The notes: generated from the sequence alone by a model not told the origin. A stretch of 64,000 nt of DNA from Octopus vulgaris (GCA_951406725.2 OX597818.1:15004001-15068000), one strand, 5' to 3'; positions 12,871 through 27,185 are shown, counted from the first letter of the stretch. Made by a program: numbers and translations.

Positions 12871-13858
12871 TATATACAAACATACATAAAATTTATGGCA
12901 TATAAATATACACATATATAAATATCCTCCTTCACCCCACATAAACACACACACACATTTCCACACACACGTATGCACTTCTCCCTCCCTCTATTCTCAG
13001 TCTTTTGTCCAGTCGCCATAGTGACATGACCAGGTAAAAAGTTTACCTGCCGAGAAAGTTTATTGGAACTGTAAAATCTTTGTAGGGCTAGTTGAGGGAG
13101 GAGGAGGGTGTAGTGACTTTAGCAGACTAACAATTGACACGTCAGTCTTACCAAATCAATTTTATTGATATAGATGTGGGTGAGATCGACACGAGTAATA
13201 ATCCATAATGTCGAATTGTATAAATGAGACAATATTCTTACTGCTAAGGTTTTTGAACAAGAGTATTACCTCCCCGGTGCACTCTCATAGACTGAGACCC
13301 ACGAGTTGCTTAACCTTGGGAATAACCCTGGCTGGAATATTCTTACTAATACTGCAGTAACTGACTTCGAGGAGAAGATCAATCCAATAGACGGATTATT
13401 GGTAAAGACTTGCTTGCAGTCCTTAAGAAAGAAGTGAGGGCTTTTGGGGTCTAAAGGCTCAATTTAGCCATCCACCTGAAGTTTAGTCACTGAATAATAG
13501 GTTTGATCATAAACGTACTCATTGGTTTCGGGATTAACCGTCTTATATTTCTTTAATAACATGTGCATGTGTTTGTGTGCATGTGTGTAATAATACGAAC
13601 GATATACATATCGGCGAGAAATTACTGATAAATCGATGCGTCAAATAAAAGTACATTTAATTATTTATAATCCGAGCAATTTGCACAGACATTTTTTTCA
13701 TTCTCAAAGAAATAAAGGGAAGACAGACTATGTCGTATGACGAGGCTAAAGGTCACATTCTTCCATGAGCGTATGTGTATATTATAGGTAGGGAGATGAA
13801 TTTAATGGTACTGAACTATTTCATTTATCTGTACCAATTTGTATTTGTCACTGACCAA

Positions 13859-13896
<38 letters not shown>

Positions 13897-14235
13897 ATGA
13901 TTGGTGTAGAAAAGGGTATTTGGCGCTAGTAATTAGCTTGACTTAAGTGGCTCTAATTGAGCTGACGGCTTTAGTATAAGGATGGTATACGAAACATTGA
14001 CTGATAACCCAGAAAAGCATGTATTTTTCATGCTTTTCCTTAGAAAGATATTATTTTGTAAAATACGTCTGAATTTTTCTCGTTGAAACACAAGACAATT
14101 ATGACCTATGATCAACGATATTCCATTGTAACTATAGACCATAAAAAGTAGCTAAAACCTATCAACTGCACAATTGCTCAGAAATAATTGAAACTGTAGT
14201 GTCAAAGAACTTATTCGGTATATTTATTTGTTAAC

Positions 14236-14525
14236 GTATTTCGTCTGCTGTTAAGTTCTGAGTTCAAATTCCGCCGAGGTCGACTTTACCTTTAAGGCGG
14301 TGAGCTGGCAGAAACGTTAGCACGCCGGGCGAAATGCTTAGCGGTATTTCATCTGCCGTTACGTTCTGAGTTCAAATTCCGCCGAGGTCGACTTTGCCTT
14401 TCATCCTTTCGGGGTCGATAAATTAAGTACCAGTTATGCACTGGGTCGATATAATCGACTTAATCCGTTTGTCTGTCCTTGTTTGTCTCCTCTGTGTTTA
14501 GCCCCTTGTGAGTAGTAAAGAAATA
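14236..14525 (+). mobile_element. SINE family B with a duplicated internal segment at its 5' side
   Basis: Full copy 14293-14525 preceded by partial copy; TSD GGTATATTTATTTGT at 14217 and 14526. Confidence 0.9.
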
Positions 14526-14829
14526 GGTATATTTATTTGTAACAGTTTCAACGGAGATGAGAAAACACTTTTGTATTGCACACTCAATATTATTTGGCGC
14601 TCTGCAGTCAATGCAGCCATTTTCTTCGAACAGTTAGCCTCATGTTGTACCGTACTGAAGACGACTCTTTTGAGTCTTTATATTTACATTGTCTTTATAT
14701 TTTTTACTGCCCAAGTTTCTTTTTCTGCCATCTCCCTTTCGAGTGTGTTTTTCAGTTGTTTCACTATGGAGCATTGCTTTTTTGAAATAGCAACTTTTCT
14801 CTATACTTTAGTGACCTGGTAAGGCGATT

Positions 14830-16735
14830 CGAGATCTTTATTCGTTGTCACCTCAAAATTTTCCTATCTCTGGGAATCATGTTTTTATGTCGGCTTGACA
14901 TTCTTTCTGGAGCAAACTTATGCAAGAGTGGGTATGTAGTAAGAAGCTTCCTTCCCTCACTACTGTGTGGACATGTTCTTCTTCGCTGCTGGAGTCACGT
15001 CTTTGTATACCAACGTCGTGAATTATCGAAACACAACAACTAGGTAAGACATTTGCTTTTTGGGATTCAGTAGGGGTTTGTTGCTCGTGTTTATTTACTT
15101 TTGTCGAATAAGAAATCTCCACTGAGTTCCATGCATTTGTCTGCTTGTGGTTGTGTTTAAAGTCTCATTTAGCGGTGCGAAGTGTGTTTAGGGGGCGTAT
15201 CCCTCCGAAAATTGTGTTATTTTTTGTGACTGTTTTGTGCCCTTGCCAGGAGGATTACCAAGTTGGACAGGAGTACCAGGACAGCCAGAAGAATGTTTTA
15301 ACTGTTTCTCGGAAATTTCAACCAATCAATGACGTGTATTCAGCTGAATAAAATTACTGCTGTTGTTTGTCAACAACAACTTCCACCTCTAGATACCAGT
15401 AATATTCATCGTCAGATATAGGGAAAAAAGTCAAGTCATTGATGGAGATGTTGCTAGTCTGATTTACAGATTTCCCCCTTTTTCCAACCATATAACAACA
15501 TTTATCCTGACCAAACTCCAGCCCTACATCCTTTGAGAATGTTGTAACTAGGTTAGGCTCTTTTTTATCTCGTGCATATTTTTTGCATAAAGTTTCAAGT
15601 TATCCACAAAGAAAGTCTGTAATTTTGGTATTCCTGTTTTCTTTTGAACCAGTGAGATATCATTCAGACTTCCTTAACATAAATGATAAAGGGTTTACGG
15701 TTTTGTTGATTAACAAATTGTTCGGCACATCCCCAGACTCCCTTTTCCCCAGCTATTTGTTCTGCTGTGATGATGTTATTGGTTTCACAATGGTCCTGGA
15801 GGAAGAGGCTTAAGCATCTTATGCATTAAGTTCTGGCATGCAATTGGCCTGTAGTTTTTCGCCATGTGGGTGGTTCTGCATTTCGGGTTCAATTTTGTCT
15901 CTGCCAGAGCAAACCAGTGTGGTATGCTTCTGTTCCTATTGAGAGCTTGCTAGTACAGATTGATAAGATATGTTAGTTTCTTGTACCAATATCCAATTGT
16001 CGAATCTCTTCCAGGTGTTTTTCCATCCTGGAGTTTCTGGATCATCGTTGCAAAGGTATCACCATTAATGTTGTATGTCTTAGGTGTAACGCAGGAGTAA
16101 TAACTTCGGATTTCTTCCAGGCACAGGGATTCTTAGTTAAACTCCTCTTCCCTCCAGATTTTCCTTCTTGTGAAGGAGCTTCTGTGACGGCCACTGCTCC
16201 TCCTCTCATGTCTCTCTATACAGCTGCCTGGTTCCGGTTAAATTTTTTGTTTATTGTTTTTCTCGCGGTTATTCTCTTCTGATGCCGGAGTTTCTCAGGC
16301 AGCTTTTAGCTCCTACTTTAGGGTAATCATTTTACAAGTGAGTGTCCTCTTTTTGCTGTCTCCAAATATCATTTCTATCTCCTTTACCTTCTGTTGATGG
16401 GACATATAGTGATTTGCTGATGGTCTTCCGTAAACCAGTTATCTTTTTCTCTGTCTTCAAAACCCATGATGGTACTTTCTTTGTTGTCTCGGTTCTGTTC
16501 ATTCTTTTAATGTCATTCATGTACTGCTTTGCAGTAGTAACCAGAGCATATTGATAAGCGTTAATCTGCCAGAATGTGGATTCATCACACTGCTGTAAAT
16601 ACTCATCACCAATTTCGTTAATAGCGTTTAATACTGTATCTGGAGGGGTTTTTTTTACTTACTTTGGTAGAGAGTACTCTCTCCTCGAGAAAGCACTTCA
16701 AAGCCAAAGTTATTTTTCCTCGGAAAATTTCAGTA
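14830..16735 (-). mobile_element. Decayed RLE-type non-LTR retrotransposon (R4/Dong-like)
   Basis: Fragments GLEFGQDKCCYM, IWYKKL, PSWVLKTEKKITGLRKTIS; similar in character to 61955-63905. Confidence 0.6.
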
Positions 16736-16764
16736 AGGGCACATTTCACCGGTATATAATCCTG

Positions 16765-16808
<44 letters not shown>

Positions 16809-17153
16809 AACAACAATAATCGTTGCGGTTGTGTCTGCTGTTTACCATAGACGTAGTGGGGGGACAGTGGTCGGTTAGTTTGGTCGGCACTGTGGAATCT
16901 ATTGGAATGTCGCTAGTTGCGAAACAACGTGGTGGTCTAACATCATTCACGTTTTCGTTTTTGCTTTATAGAGCTGGGAAGAATGTTAATTTTCCATTTC
17001 TTAATAAAGTTACAGTTACTAACCTTCTTCCTATGTGCTACAAATATTGCTTGTTGGCGTAGTTGCTTCACAGTAAATTGATTTAATTCTGGATGAAGAT
17101 TGTCCTAATATGATTTCAAACCATGTCTGTCTGTCTGTTTGTCTGTCAGTCCT

Positions 17154-17202
<49 letters not shown>

Positions 17203-17289
17203 ATGTATGTATGTATGTATGTATGTACATGTTTGTTTTGCATCATTTTCTTGCCAGTTTGTAGCATGTTTCACAAAGCTGTATTTATT

Positions 17290-17686
17290 CCTTTATTCTT
17301 TTACTTATTTCAGTCATTTGACTGCGGCCATGCTGGAGTACCACATTGAATTGTTTTTGTCGAACAATTCGACCTTAGGATTTATTTCTAAATCTAGTTC
17401 TTATTCTATCGGTGTCCGTGGCGAACCGCTAAGTTACGGCGACGTAAACACACCAACACCGATTGTCAAGTGATGATGGACACACACACATCACGCGCGC
17501 GCTCACGCACACACACGCATACAAAGGTCTTCATTCAGTTTCCGTCTACCAAATACACTCAAAAGGCTTTGGTCGGCCTAAGGCTATTGTAGAAGACGCT
17601 TGCCCAAGGTGTCACACAGTGGGACTGAATCCCGGCGCCATGTGTCTGGGAAGCAAGCTTATTACCATACGGCCACACCTGCGCCT
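17290..17686 (-). mobile_element. SINE family A (tRNA head, internal microsatellite, stem-loop tail)
   Basis: Head AGGCGCAGGTGTGGCC...GGATTCAGTCCC; tail CCAGCATGGCCGCAGTCAAATGACTGAAA; homologous to 54925-55533. Confidence 0.88.
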
Positions 17687-18477
17687 CTTTGTATATATTA
17701 ACACAGTCAAACAATATATTTGCCAATCCATTCTTTTTCTCTTCACATATATATGTATGGGAATCGGGTCAGTGCATGTACATTCTAAACGCGCTTTTTG
17801 ATACTTCCTCCTCCTCTTCTTCCTTCTTTACTTCAAACAAAAAAACAAATTAAACTTGCATTTCGACTTACACTGCGTCTTTCACTTAATAAATCAAAAA
17901 GCAAAAACACTTTCCGCCGTTAAAACATGATTGTGTTAGTTGCAAAATGAGTATGAGGGTATGAAAATTACCTCATACATTTTTCACTTTATCAGTTTTA
18001 TGTTGAACTTGCAAGGCGATAGAAATGGACAAAGCAGCAGTATATCAATCCGGATTTTATTGTTTAACCAATGAGAAATTACAGTATTGAAATCCTATAT
18101 CACCTGTATTTAGTCATTGTTTTTCATCTTTGAGTCGGTAGATGAAATTCCAACGATACTCTGGAATATATTATGACATTTCGTCACCTCCCCCACCTCC
18201 TGTGCTATGTCAATTGGGAAGTATTGCTTTAAGTTATATGGAACAGTGGAAAGAAACTATAAACGCCCGGAGAGACGGCTCTTATCTGGTGGCATTTGGC
18301 TAGGTACTGTTCTATGTACAAATCGCACCCAGATTCACTCTATCTTTCCCCGGTCCGATGTTGATAAGTATCGACACAGATCTACCCAATTTTATTTTTA
18401 AAGGTAGAGTCCAAACCTAACCACAGTATAATGATTCAAGCCAGTGAAAAATAAAAGGAAAACTAATTTAAATACAT

Positions 18478-18534
<57 letters not shown>

Positions 18535-18865
18535 TTCTCTCTCTCTCTCTCTCTCTCACACTTTAGTATATTAGGATGTTGCGGTTAAATCTATGAAATC
18601 TATGAATAACTTTTCCCTGCGTAGGAGGAAAATAGTCTACACTGTTCCTTAATTATTTCCTTCTCAGTTTTTGATAATGACTTGGTTAGAATACAGTTAA
18701 AATGTAATCTTGGTGACATACAGATAAATGCTTATGTCCACCGGAGAGATTAGCATGTGAGTGATAAGGAGTAATAATTTAGCTTTCTCATTTTTATGAC
18801 ATTTAATACAAAGAAATGGCGTTCCACAGTTGTAAAAATGAAAACAGGCTACTTATCAATCTTAC

Positions 18866-19830
18866 CTTTTTTGTGTGCCCTCTACGTCATTTGCACCATT
18901 GTAAGCTTTGAGAATCCGAACAAGTTGATAATTGGTCTTCAATGGAAACTCTTGTCCAGTGAGATTAATGAAATATTTCCATTTGTAGCGTAAAAGTTGT
19001 TTCATACACAGAAGTTCCGGTTCCAAAACTGAGAATTCTCCCCAACGTACATTAATTGAAGGGGAAAGAATATGAACGTTTGTAAAACATTTTGCAATTG
19101 CTTTCATTGTTTTTAAAATACTACTTTTACTTTTTTGATCTACATGTATGCAGTAAAAGTTTTGTGGACGGTAAATAGCTCTTAAGAGTCTTTCAACTTG
19201 TTCAATGTCTTTATACATTAAAATGCTATAAGCCAAAGGAAAATATAACTCTTCTTCTGTCATATGACTGGTAATGTAACCCATTTTTTGCTTGAAATTA
19301 TTACAATTTTGAGTCAAATTTCTAAAGTAGGAATCCGGCAAACCAATATACTGTTTTGCGTTTTGAAATTTAATACCCTTATTCACTTCATTGATATCAT
19401 CGTGTGCCACTTTTTGACAATCAATTTTTGTCATGAAAACTTTATTTTTAAACAACGACTTTAAATCAGTTTGGTCATTGATGAAAAACTTATTTGTATT
19501 ACGAGTTTTTGTAAGTAATTTCGCCCCAGGAACTTTTGACATTTGCTGGTGTTTTACAGTACTGCTCTCTACGCTAAATTTACTTTTGAAACTATCAGTT
19601 TTTATTGCAGAACTTCCATTGGATATAATCAATTTTGTATTCGAAACAGAAACGGAGGAAGCTCTTTTTCTGTGTAAATTAAAATGCGACATTACTGCGT
19701 GATCTTCAATAAGTAATTGTTCACTATTCTTTACATTTCTGAATTGCAATTGAAAGATGTACAAGAAGAAGCACAAAGTAATTAATGTCACACTAAAGAA
19801 CACCTTCTTCAAAGAATATCTAGTCTTCAT
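18866..19830 (-). CDS. GCNT: Beta-1,6-N-acetylglucosaminyltransferase (GT14, core-2/I-branching enzyme), major coding exon; gene continues past donor
   Basis: Type II TM (VFFSVTLITLCFFLYIF), stem, then FPLAYSILMYKD, ERLLRAIYRPQNFYCIHVD, WKYFINLTGQEFPLKTN. Acceptor T11-AG at 19851-19852 (exon starts 19850); donor AG|GTAAG at 18865; ATG at 19830. Confidence 0.93.
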
Positions 19831-20302
19831 TTTGAAGCAGCAACGCAAAACTAAAAAAAAAAACAATAAAAAAATACAATGAATGCATATAATAGAGAGT
19901 GTAGCAATAGGTACATAATTGTTGAAACAACATTGAATAATATACATTCCTATCATTTTATCATTCTCTGCAAATTAAAGCAATGATTACACAGATTTCA
20001 ATTACAAAGTATGAATGTAATTCATAACAATTGTTCAATTCTCATATTATGAAGAAAAAGCCAATGTCTATTGATCAAAAATAGGAAGTCCTTCTAAATG
20101 GCATTTGCATTGAATGACAATTTCAACATTATCGACATAAAGCAAATACTATCAGCCCTTCCTAATCCAGCATGTCTGGAATAGTTAGATTAGTACATAT
20201 AATTTACCCAACGCCTAACCACCTTATTCTGCTTTTAAAAAGCACTGTAGTTCAGAGTAGAATTTAGTTAGAACACATAAGGGTACAGTTACAGTAATAT
20301 TG

Positions 20303-20488
20303 GTTTCAAATTTTGGCACAAGGCCAGCAATTTCGGGAGAGGGGTAAGTTGATTATGTCGACCCCAGTGCTCAACTGGTAGCTATTTAATCGATCTCGAA
20401 AGGATAAAAGGCAAAGACGACCTCGGCGGAATTTGAATTTAGAACGTGAAGACGGACGAAATGTCGCTGCCCGGCATACTAACAACAA
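20303..20488 (-). mobile_element. SINE family B, 5' truncated, 14-bp TSD
   Basis: TSD TTACAGTAATATTG at 20289-20302 and 20489-20502. Confidence 0.85.
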
Positions 20489-20802
20489 TTACAGTAATAT
20501 TGATTTTTCGGAAGAAAGTTCACCACTACTGCTTCCAGGGGGAATAGATGCAAGTAACAATTAAGCAGTGATGCATATCAAGAAACAGAGGCTCTCTGGA
20601 TTACTATTTACATTTTGAAATGTGAAGGAAACTTCAAGAAATAGTAATGACGATGGTAGTACATTGTGGGGATTGGAAGTTAATAGCAAAAAATTTTTAA
20701 ATGTTGACTCCTCTGTTACATAGTTTTTGGAAGAAATCTTTCAAGCAAAGTGGTTTCATATACTTAAGTATTTCCTAGATAAATTTTCTTTCTTTAATTA
20801 TA

Positions 20803-21555
20803 CAAAGGTTCACTAAAAGTTCATAGGCTAACCAAGATACTCTCATGCAATGTTGCCAGATGACGTCTATTTTTCGATATAGTCCCGCTAGTAGTCCACA
20901 TTCATTTTCCACCTATGTTGCAGTGCTTGAATACCATTGGTGAAGAAGCTTTCATCCTGTTGTTCAAAATCCTCAACAAAAGATAAGACGTCATCATCAC
21001 TATGATACTGGTTCCAAGTCAAGTGTGTTTTCCTGTTTTCATATTGAGGAATAAATGATAGTCAGATGGAGACAAATCAGAAGAATAGAGAGAGTGATCA
21101 ACAAGTTCAAAGCCACAGCCATGCACACGCACAGCAATCATTGAAACCCACCACTTGTGTGTTGGAGCATTGTCCTGAAGAAACAGTTTCTTGAACGTTT
21201 TGTTTTGATAGCCTTTCGTCACTGCCTCTGCAAGTTAGCGTAGTACTCCCTATTGATGGTAAGGCCTTTTTGGAGATAGTCCCAAAATACTGAGGCCATC
21301 ACCTTCACTGCAGATGAAACGACCTTGGTTTCCACTGGAATTGGGTGTAGAAGGGTGCTTCCACTGCATGGATTATCTCTTTGTCTCTATCTCAAAGTGA
21401 TGAAGCCAACACTCATCCTGGCCGATGAAATGTTCAAGGATACCAGCTGAATCTGCCTTAAACGATGTCAGATTTTGCCGTGATGTGATCAACGTGGTGT
21501 GCTTTTGTCCAAGTATCAGAAGACGTGGCATCCACGAAACATAAACTTTCGTCAT
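20803..21555 (-). mobile_element. Mariner transposase remnant (5' truncated)
   Basis: WMPRLL, GQDECWLHHFEIETKR, LQDNAPTH, YSSDLSPSDYHLF motifs of mariner DDD transposases. Confidence 0.88.
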
Positions 21556-22774
21556 TCACGTGATTAGAGAAGAGGGAGAAAGAAAAAAAGGAGAGAGAAA
21601 AAGAAGAAGAGTGAAGCGTCCGTGACGTGAGGTAGAGGGATGTAATTGTATTGCTTTCATGTGATTAGTTGAAGGGAAAGAGAGAACAAGAGGGAGAAAG
21701 AAAAGAGAGAGAGGATAAAGTGAAGAGTGAAACAGAAAGAGGGTGAGAGAAAAAGAGGGACAAAGTAAAAGGCGGAAAGTAAAAGAGAAAAAGGGAGGAG
21801 AGAGAAGCATCCATGACGTGTGGTAGGGGGAAAATAATATTGACTGTAGTTTAAAAAGTTAGTTTAAGGTAGTGATGTAGAGGAGCGGAGTTAAAAATAT
21901 AATTTGAGCAAAGAGGTGAAGTTCTGATGGTGAAGTTAAAGGTAGAGAGATAGAAGGGGGAGAGAGGAGGAGAAAGAGAGATGATAGTGGTGGTGGTGAT
22001 GGTGGTGGTGATGAGTGAATAGTGAAAAGTGTAAAATTTTTTTAACTGAACTAATTTTTTTATGTCACTTATCACTTGATGTATGCACGTAAGTTCAATT
22101 CCATGAAATATTCACGATTATTTACGTAGCAGATATGCGCAATTTAACTAAAGGTTGTATCATATGGAGGGCAATATTTTTTATTTGAAAAAAAAAAGAA
22201 AGATAAGAGTGAATGTTTATTTTAAGAGTGCTATCTATAAAATTGTCTTTAAAATTATGCATAAAGCATATAAAGTGTATATATAAAGTGCATTAACTAA
22301 TCATCGTATTTCAATTTCTTTCAGTTATCACTGAGTAACAAATGAGTGACTATTTTCCCATACAGACACAACATAGGCTACGCTTTCAGGATTTTTGAAT
22401 AAAGTTTACAGACATTACCCAATAGGTTTACCATTAATTCCGTGAAATATTCACGGGTCTCGCGAGTATTCATTGATTCTTTAACATTAACTTCACCTAC
22501 CCTAGATGCAGCAGGAATGGTAAGATTATGAACGAAAGAAAGTATTTCATGTAAAATTTTCTGTATTAAATTTTTTCTTAAAATCTTATAAAATCATTTC
22601 TAGTTTCTTCTCGAAATGCAAATTCAAACATTAAACCAAATATGATGCTCATTTTCAGTGTGATCGCCTCTATAGACTTCCAAAATGGCAAAAATAGCTG
22701 AGTCGTTAGAACAGCGAACGAAATTCCTTGCAGTATATTTTCCTCTTTTTGGCGTTTTTTATTCAAATCACGCC

Positions 22775-22868
22775 GGGGCCCATAATCACGAGATAGTGAG
22801 TTCGACTCCCGGACCGACCTGTGTGTTGTGTTCTTGAGCAAAACACTTTATTTCACGTTGCTCCAGTC
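22775..22868 (+). mobile_element. SINE family C fragment
   Basis: GAGTTCGACTCCC B box and GTGTTCTTGAGCAAAACAC core, homologous to 40640-40876. Confidence 0.7.
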
Positions 22869-23159
22869 TTTACCTTTTAGTATAGCCGACAGATTAAATT
22901 AAGAAATGGAATCAAACACAGGTGTTATTCAAACCATTTATACTTCCAACATATGTTTCGAAGAAAGCATTGATATTATTCCGGAGGGAATAAAAATGAT
23001 GTAAAGCAATTTAATCATCGTGTCAAAGAAAGAAAGTGAAACAAACCGCATCAACAAGCCATTTTAACTGAATATAATCACCGTGTATATGATGAAGGGG
23101 AACGCTGACAAATTATTTTTAAAAAAACGCTAATATATATATATATATATATTACGGAG

Positions 23160-23331
23160 ACTTGATCTGAGATCGTGTGCTGGAACGAAAACAATTGCAG
23201 CGTGGAAGGTGTTTATAAGCCATTTAAGAAACACACAAAAACCGTTAGATTCACTTCAACATTTAAATTTAATTTGTCAAAATATTTTCGTCGCTTTGAG
23301 ATCGCGACCTGTTCACTGACAAAACTTCGTG
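23160..23331 (-). mobile_element. Short Penelope pLTR-like element with hammerhead-like fold
   Basis: Homologous to both arms at 42595-42871; minus strand TTTGTCA-GTGAACA-GGTCGC..GCGAC-GAAAATATTT-TGACAAA. Confidence 0.6.
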
Positions 23332-23361
23332 CTTCATCTGAGAAAGTAACAGTTAGTTCAT

Positions 23362-23775
23362 GATATATATGTACGTATGTATGTGTGTGTGTATGTATGT
23401 ATGTATGTATGTATGTATGTATGTATGTATGTATGTATGTATGTATTTATGTATGTACGTATGTATGTATGTGCGTATGTATGTATGTATGTATGTATGT
23501 GCGTATGTATGTATGTATGTATGTATGTGCGTATGTATGTGTGTACATATATGTACGCATGCATGTGTGCATGCCTATACGCATGTATGTATGTATGTAC
23601 TTACGTATGTATGTGAGTATTTAGGAGAGTGCGTAGACGTGTCTGTATGTGTGTAAATATGTATGTACTTGTGAACGTATGTGTATGTAATGATATGTGT
23701 CAGTTCAAGTTGTATACATTACTGTTACCTTGTTGAAGGTTGTATATATATATACATACAAATACATTTATATAG

Positions 23776-23807
<32 letters not shown>

Positions 23808-23989
23808 GTGCGTTTGTCCCTCTCACCACCGTCTAACGGTGAATGGATACAACCTCTTAGATACATATATGCACATATAACCTTATATATATATACAAGT
23901 ACACACAATCATATAGACACTTCCACATACAAATATACGTATAATCTTAAAGTATACACACATATACGCTCATCCATCTCTACATACAT

Positions 23990-24023
<34 letters not shown>

Positions 24024-24330
24024 TTATACATACATACACACATACATATACATATATATATATACATATATATGACACTCTTTTCAAGGACAACGGTTAA
24101 AATTCAAACTTGCTTTATTTTATTCTATTAATCCTTTTTTATTTTTTATTTTTACATGCATACATATATATATATATTTACACATACTCATATGTGCACG
24201 CATGTACATACTTATACACTAACATACACAACACACAACACATACGCACACGTATACACACATACATCTACACATACGTACATACATATCAAACAATGTA
24301 CGCTCGTACGGTTACATATAACTGCATATA
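23362..24330. repeat. Compound microsatellite tract (TATG)n/(TA)n/(CA)n
   Basis: Directly visible. Confidence 0.95.
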
Positions 24331-24523
24331 TGTATTTTAGTACCATGCATTTCAACATGTAAGGATGGATTACTAAATGTAAATGAGAGAGAGATGGGTG
24401 GTTATAGAATGGTACTCCCGAGTGGAATCTGGATGTTACCCCATTCGGATTTTCGGTTGAGAGTGGGTTTGTATTCTTGTATACAGACAGCTTCAGTGAC
24501 CTGTTTCAGCATTGCATCAGTGG

Positions 24524-24642
24524 ATGTGTAGATAAGATGTTTAACTTAAGTCTCCCTAAGGAGCCCTTGTAGCAGTCTACATGCTGTAGACTGCCACAAG
24601 GGCTCCTTAGGTAGACTTAAGTTAAACATCTTATCCACACAT
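24524..24642. repeat. Near-perfect 58-bp hairpin with 3-nt loop
   Basis: ATGTGTAGATAAG...GCAGTCTACA-TGC-TGTAGACTGC...CTTATCCACACAT, 3 mismatches. Confidence 0.95.
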
Positions 24643-25287
24643 TGAAAAGAGCACATAAGATCAGATGAACTCGTACTTCTTCCGCTCTATTTGTGCCACA
24701 GCTCTGGAGAAACCATGGTACTTCAGGGCAGCTGTAATTAAATTATTTGGCGAATTGCCTTCTGCGATTTCCCAGGCACGCATGAAAAATGATATCTCTG
24801 CAGACTTCCAATTTCTCGTCATCTTCTTTGTGGTGTGGCTATGGTTGTGAGTGCAGTTGGTTTTTGAGTGTAAATATAGAGAGAACAGAGGTGTGGTGGA
24901 AGAATGAGGGGAGGGGAGTGATAATAAGTTGGGGTAGATGAGGGGATAAGAGCAAGCTGGGGGGTAAGAGACCAAAGGGGTGACAGGGAAATGTAGGCAA
25001 TTTGAGGCAGAGAAGAAGTTAAGAGGGAAGCAGAGATGAGGGAAGTGTAGGTCTGCAGGGGAGATGGGCAGGTACCGGTGGGAGATTGGGTTCTAGGTGT
25101 GGGTGGATGGAGATAGAAAGCAAATGAGGAGGGGATTAAATGGGAGTGAGAGAGAGGAGAAGATAAAGACTAGATACACATTGATTCTAGTACAGGAAGA
25201 GAGCTAAAAGAGTGACAAGGAAGAAGGATATATATTTGGAGACTGAGGGAGAGGGGTAGAGAGAGACTAACTACACATTGATTCTAG

Positions 25288-25334
<47 letters not shown>

Positions 25335-25600
25335 TATTGCTAGTGTGTAAGTGAGAATGTAAATATCTTCGTAAATAGGAACAAAGTGACGGAGAGAAAA
25401 AAGAGTGAAAGGAAAAAAATATATATTTGGAGAATGAGAAAGAGACGGGGAGAGAGACTAGATATACACATTGATTCTTATATAAAGAGAGAGAGAGGAT
25501 GAGGAGGAGGAGGAGGATGTATTGCTAGTGTATGAGTAAAAAGTAAATATCTTTGTAAATAAATAAGACCTGAGTTATAAGAAGAAAAGAAAGAAGTTAC

Positions 25601-25664
<64 letters not shown>

Positions 25665-25834
25665 AATTGAGATAGGGGTTGTAAATGCAACCCTCCATGA
25701 GATAACATATATCCAATATACTGCTAGTGAAGTACCCAACAAAGTTAATACATAAATGTTAAGAATTGCGATGCAATTAATTCATTTACTGTATTATATG
25801 GGCAAAGGTAAAATGTTTTACCACAAATTCATAA

Positions 25835-26220
25835 TACAAAATAAGAAAATGGAGAAATATATCCAAATCAAATATCAACTACCAGATAATACCCAATCAC
25901 ATACTTTATTAAACCACCACATCAGAAACTTTAAGGTCAAACATAATGATATAGAACAAAACAGTGTACATAAAGAAGTGTACATAAAGGAGTAATATGA
26001 TACAATAAGTACAATATGTATAAGAGAATATGAATATAAATAAATATAAATATAAATATAAACTACATCTTACAGCTGTTTCGGCCATGCAGATAAGTAT
26101 GTCTCATTTTACTTATATTAGCAATTTGTGGTAGATCGTGGTGGTTTAATGAAGTATGTGATTGGGTATTATCTGGTAGTTGATATTTGATTTGGATGTG
26201 TTTCTCCATTTTCTTATTTT

Positions 26221-26223
<3 letters not shown>
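25835..26223. repeat. ~86-bp inverted repeat in Penelope pLTR-like fragment between (TA)n tracts
   Basis: 25835-25920 is the reverse complement of 26138-26223; spacer has CCGAAACAGCTGTA on minus strand. Confidence 0.8.
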
Positions 26224-26259
<36 letters not shown>

Positions 26260-26890
26260 CAGACTGGTTTGTTTTTGTTTTGTAAGCTCCTGAAAGAAAA
26301 ATGAATTATTAGAACAAGAAAACGCCTGCATAACTATTAACGGAAATAAACGAACAGGATAGCAGAACTAAAAAGCCAATATTTATCAAACCTATGGGAA
26401 AGAAAAATATACAAAGAAGAGAAGAAAAGAAAATGTCGTTGCATAAATCAGAAATAAAATACAAAAGAGAGAATCGATAACTTATAGCTTTCTTTCAGGA
26501 CCTTTGGTTAATTAGTTTATATAAAATGCACGTATATTATTTTTATCTCGAGTTTTTCTTAAAAGATAGAGTTGCACGTTGTTGTGAATTTTATGAAATT
26601 TTCTCTACTTTCTCGTAAATACGTGGAAGAATTTCCAGTTGGTATGTGGGAATTTCTTGATTGAAGAGACAGCGATGTTTGACTTCATGTTTTGTGTTGA
26701 AGATTCCTTCTGCTCAATACATTTATGTAGGTAATTTTAAATATATCGTAATTTTATAGATATACAGTATTTTAGTATACTTTCCTGATCAGTTTACTGT
26801 TTTCATTGAAATATTCTTAGGGTTTTTCAGGAGCACAGAAAAAAATCGTGAGGACCATACGGAACCTGAAGTGTATACATATATATATTC

Positions 26891-26977
<87 letters not shown>

Positions 26978-27130
26978 CATACATATATAATTATAATTAT
27001 GTGGATAAATTTATCTATAAAGTTTATTTTAACGCACCGATCTACTTGGTAAAATTATTGATTAATTGATTAATTAATTAATTAATTTAATTGATAAATT
27101 TTAGCCTTTTATTTTTAATTTTAAAATATA

Positions 27131-27185
<55 letters not shown>

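Noticed and set aside
10753-13019. Many ORFs rich in YI, CV, HT, MYVC (also 23358-24362, 31141-31763, 36436-39551)
   Set aside because: Translations of (TA)n, (CA)n and (TATG)n microsatellites
19831-19956. Listed ORF start MIGMY... as the true GCNT N-terminus
   Set aside because: Crosses a strong T-tract/AG acceptor at 19851-19863, so 19851-19956 is intronic
21556-22030. Hydrophobic F/L/S-rich minus-strand ORFs (also 24890-25500, 50813-51240)
   Set aside because: Arise from GA-rich low-complexity tracts; no domain motifs
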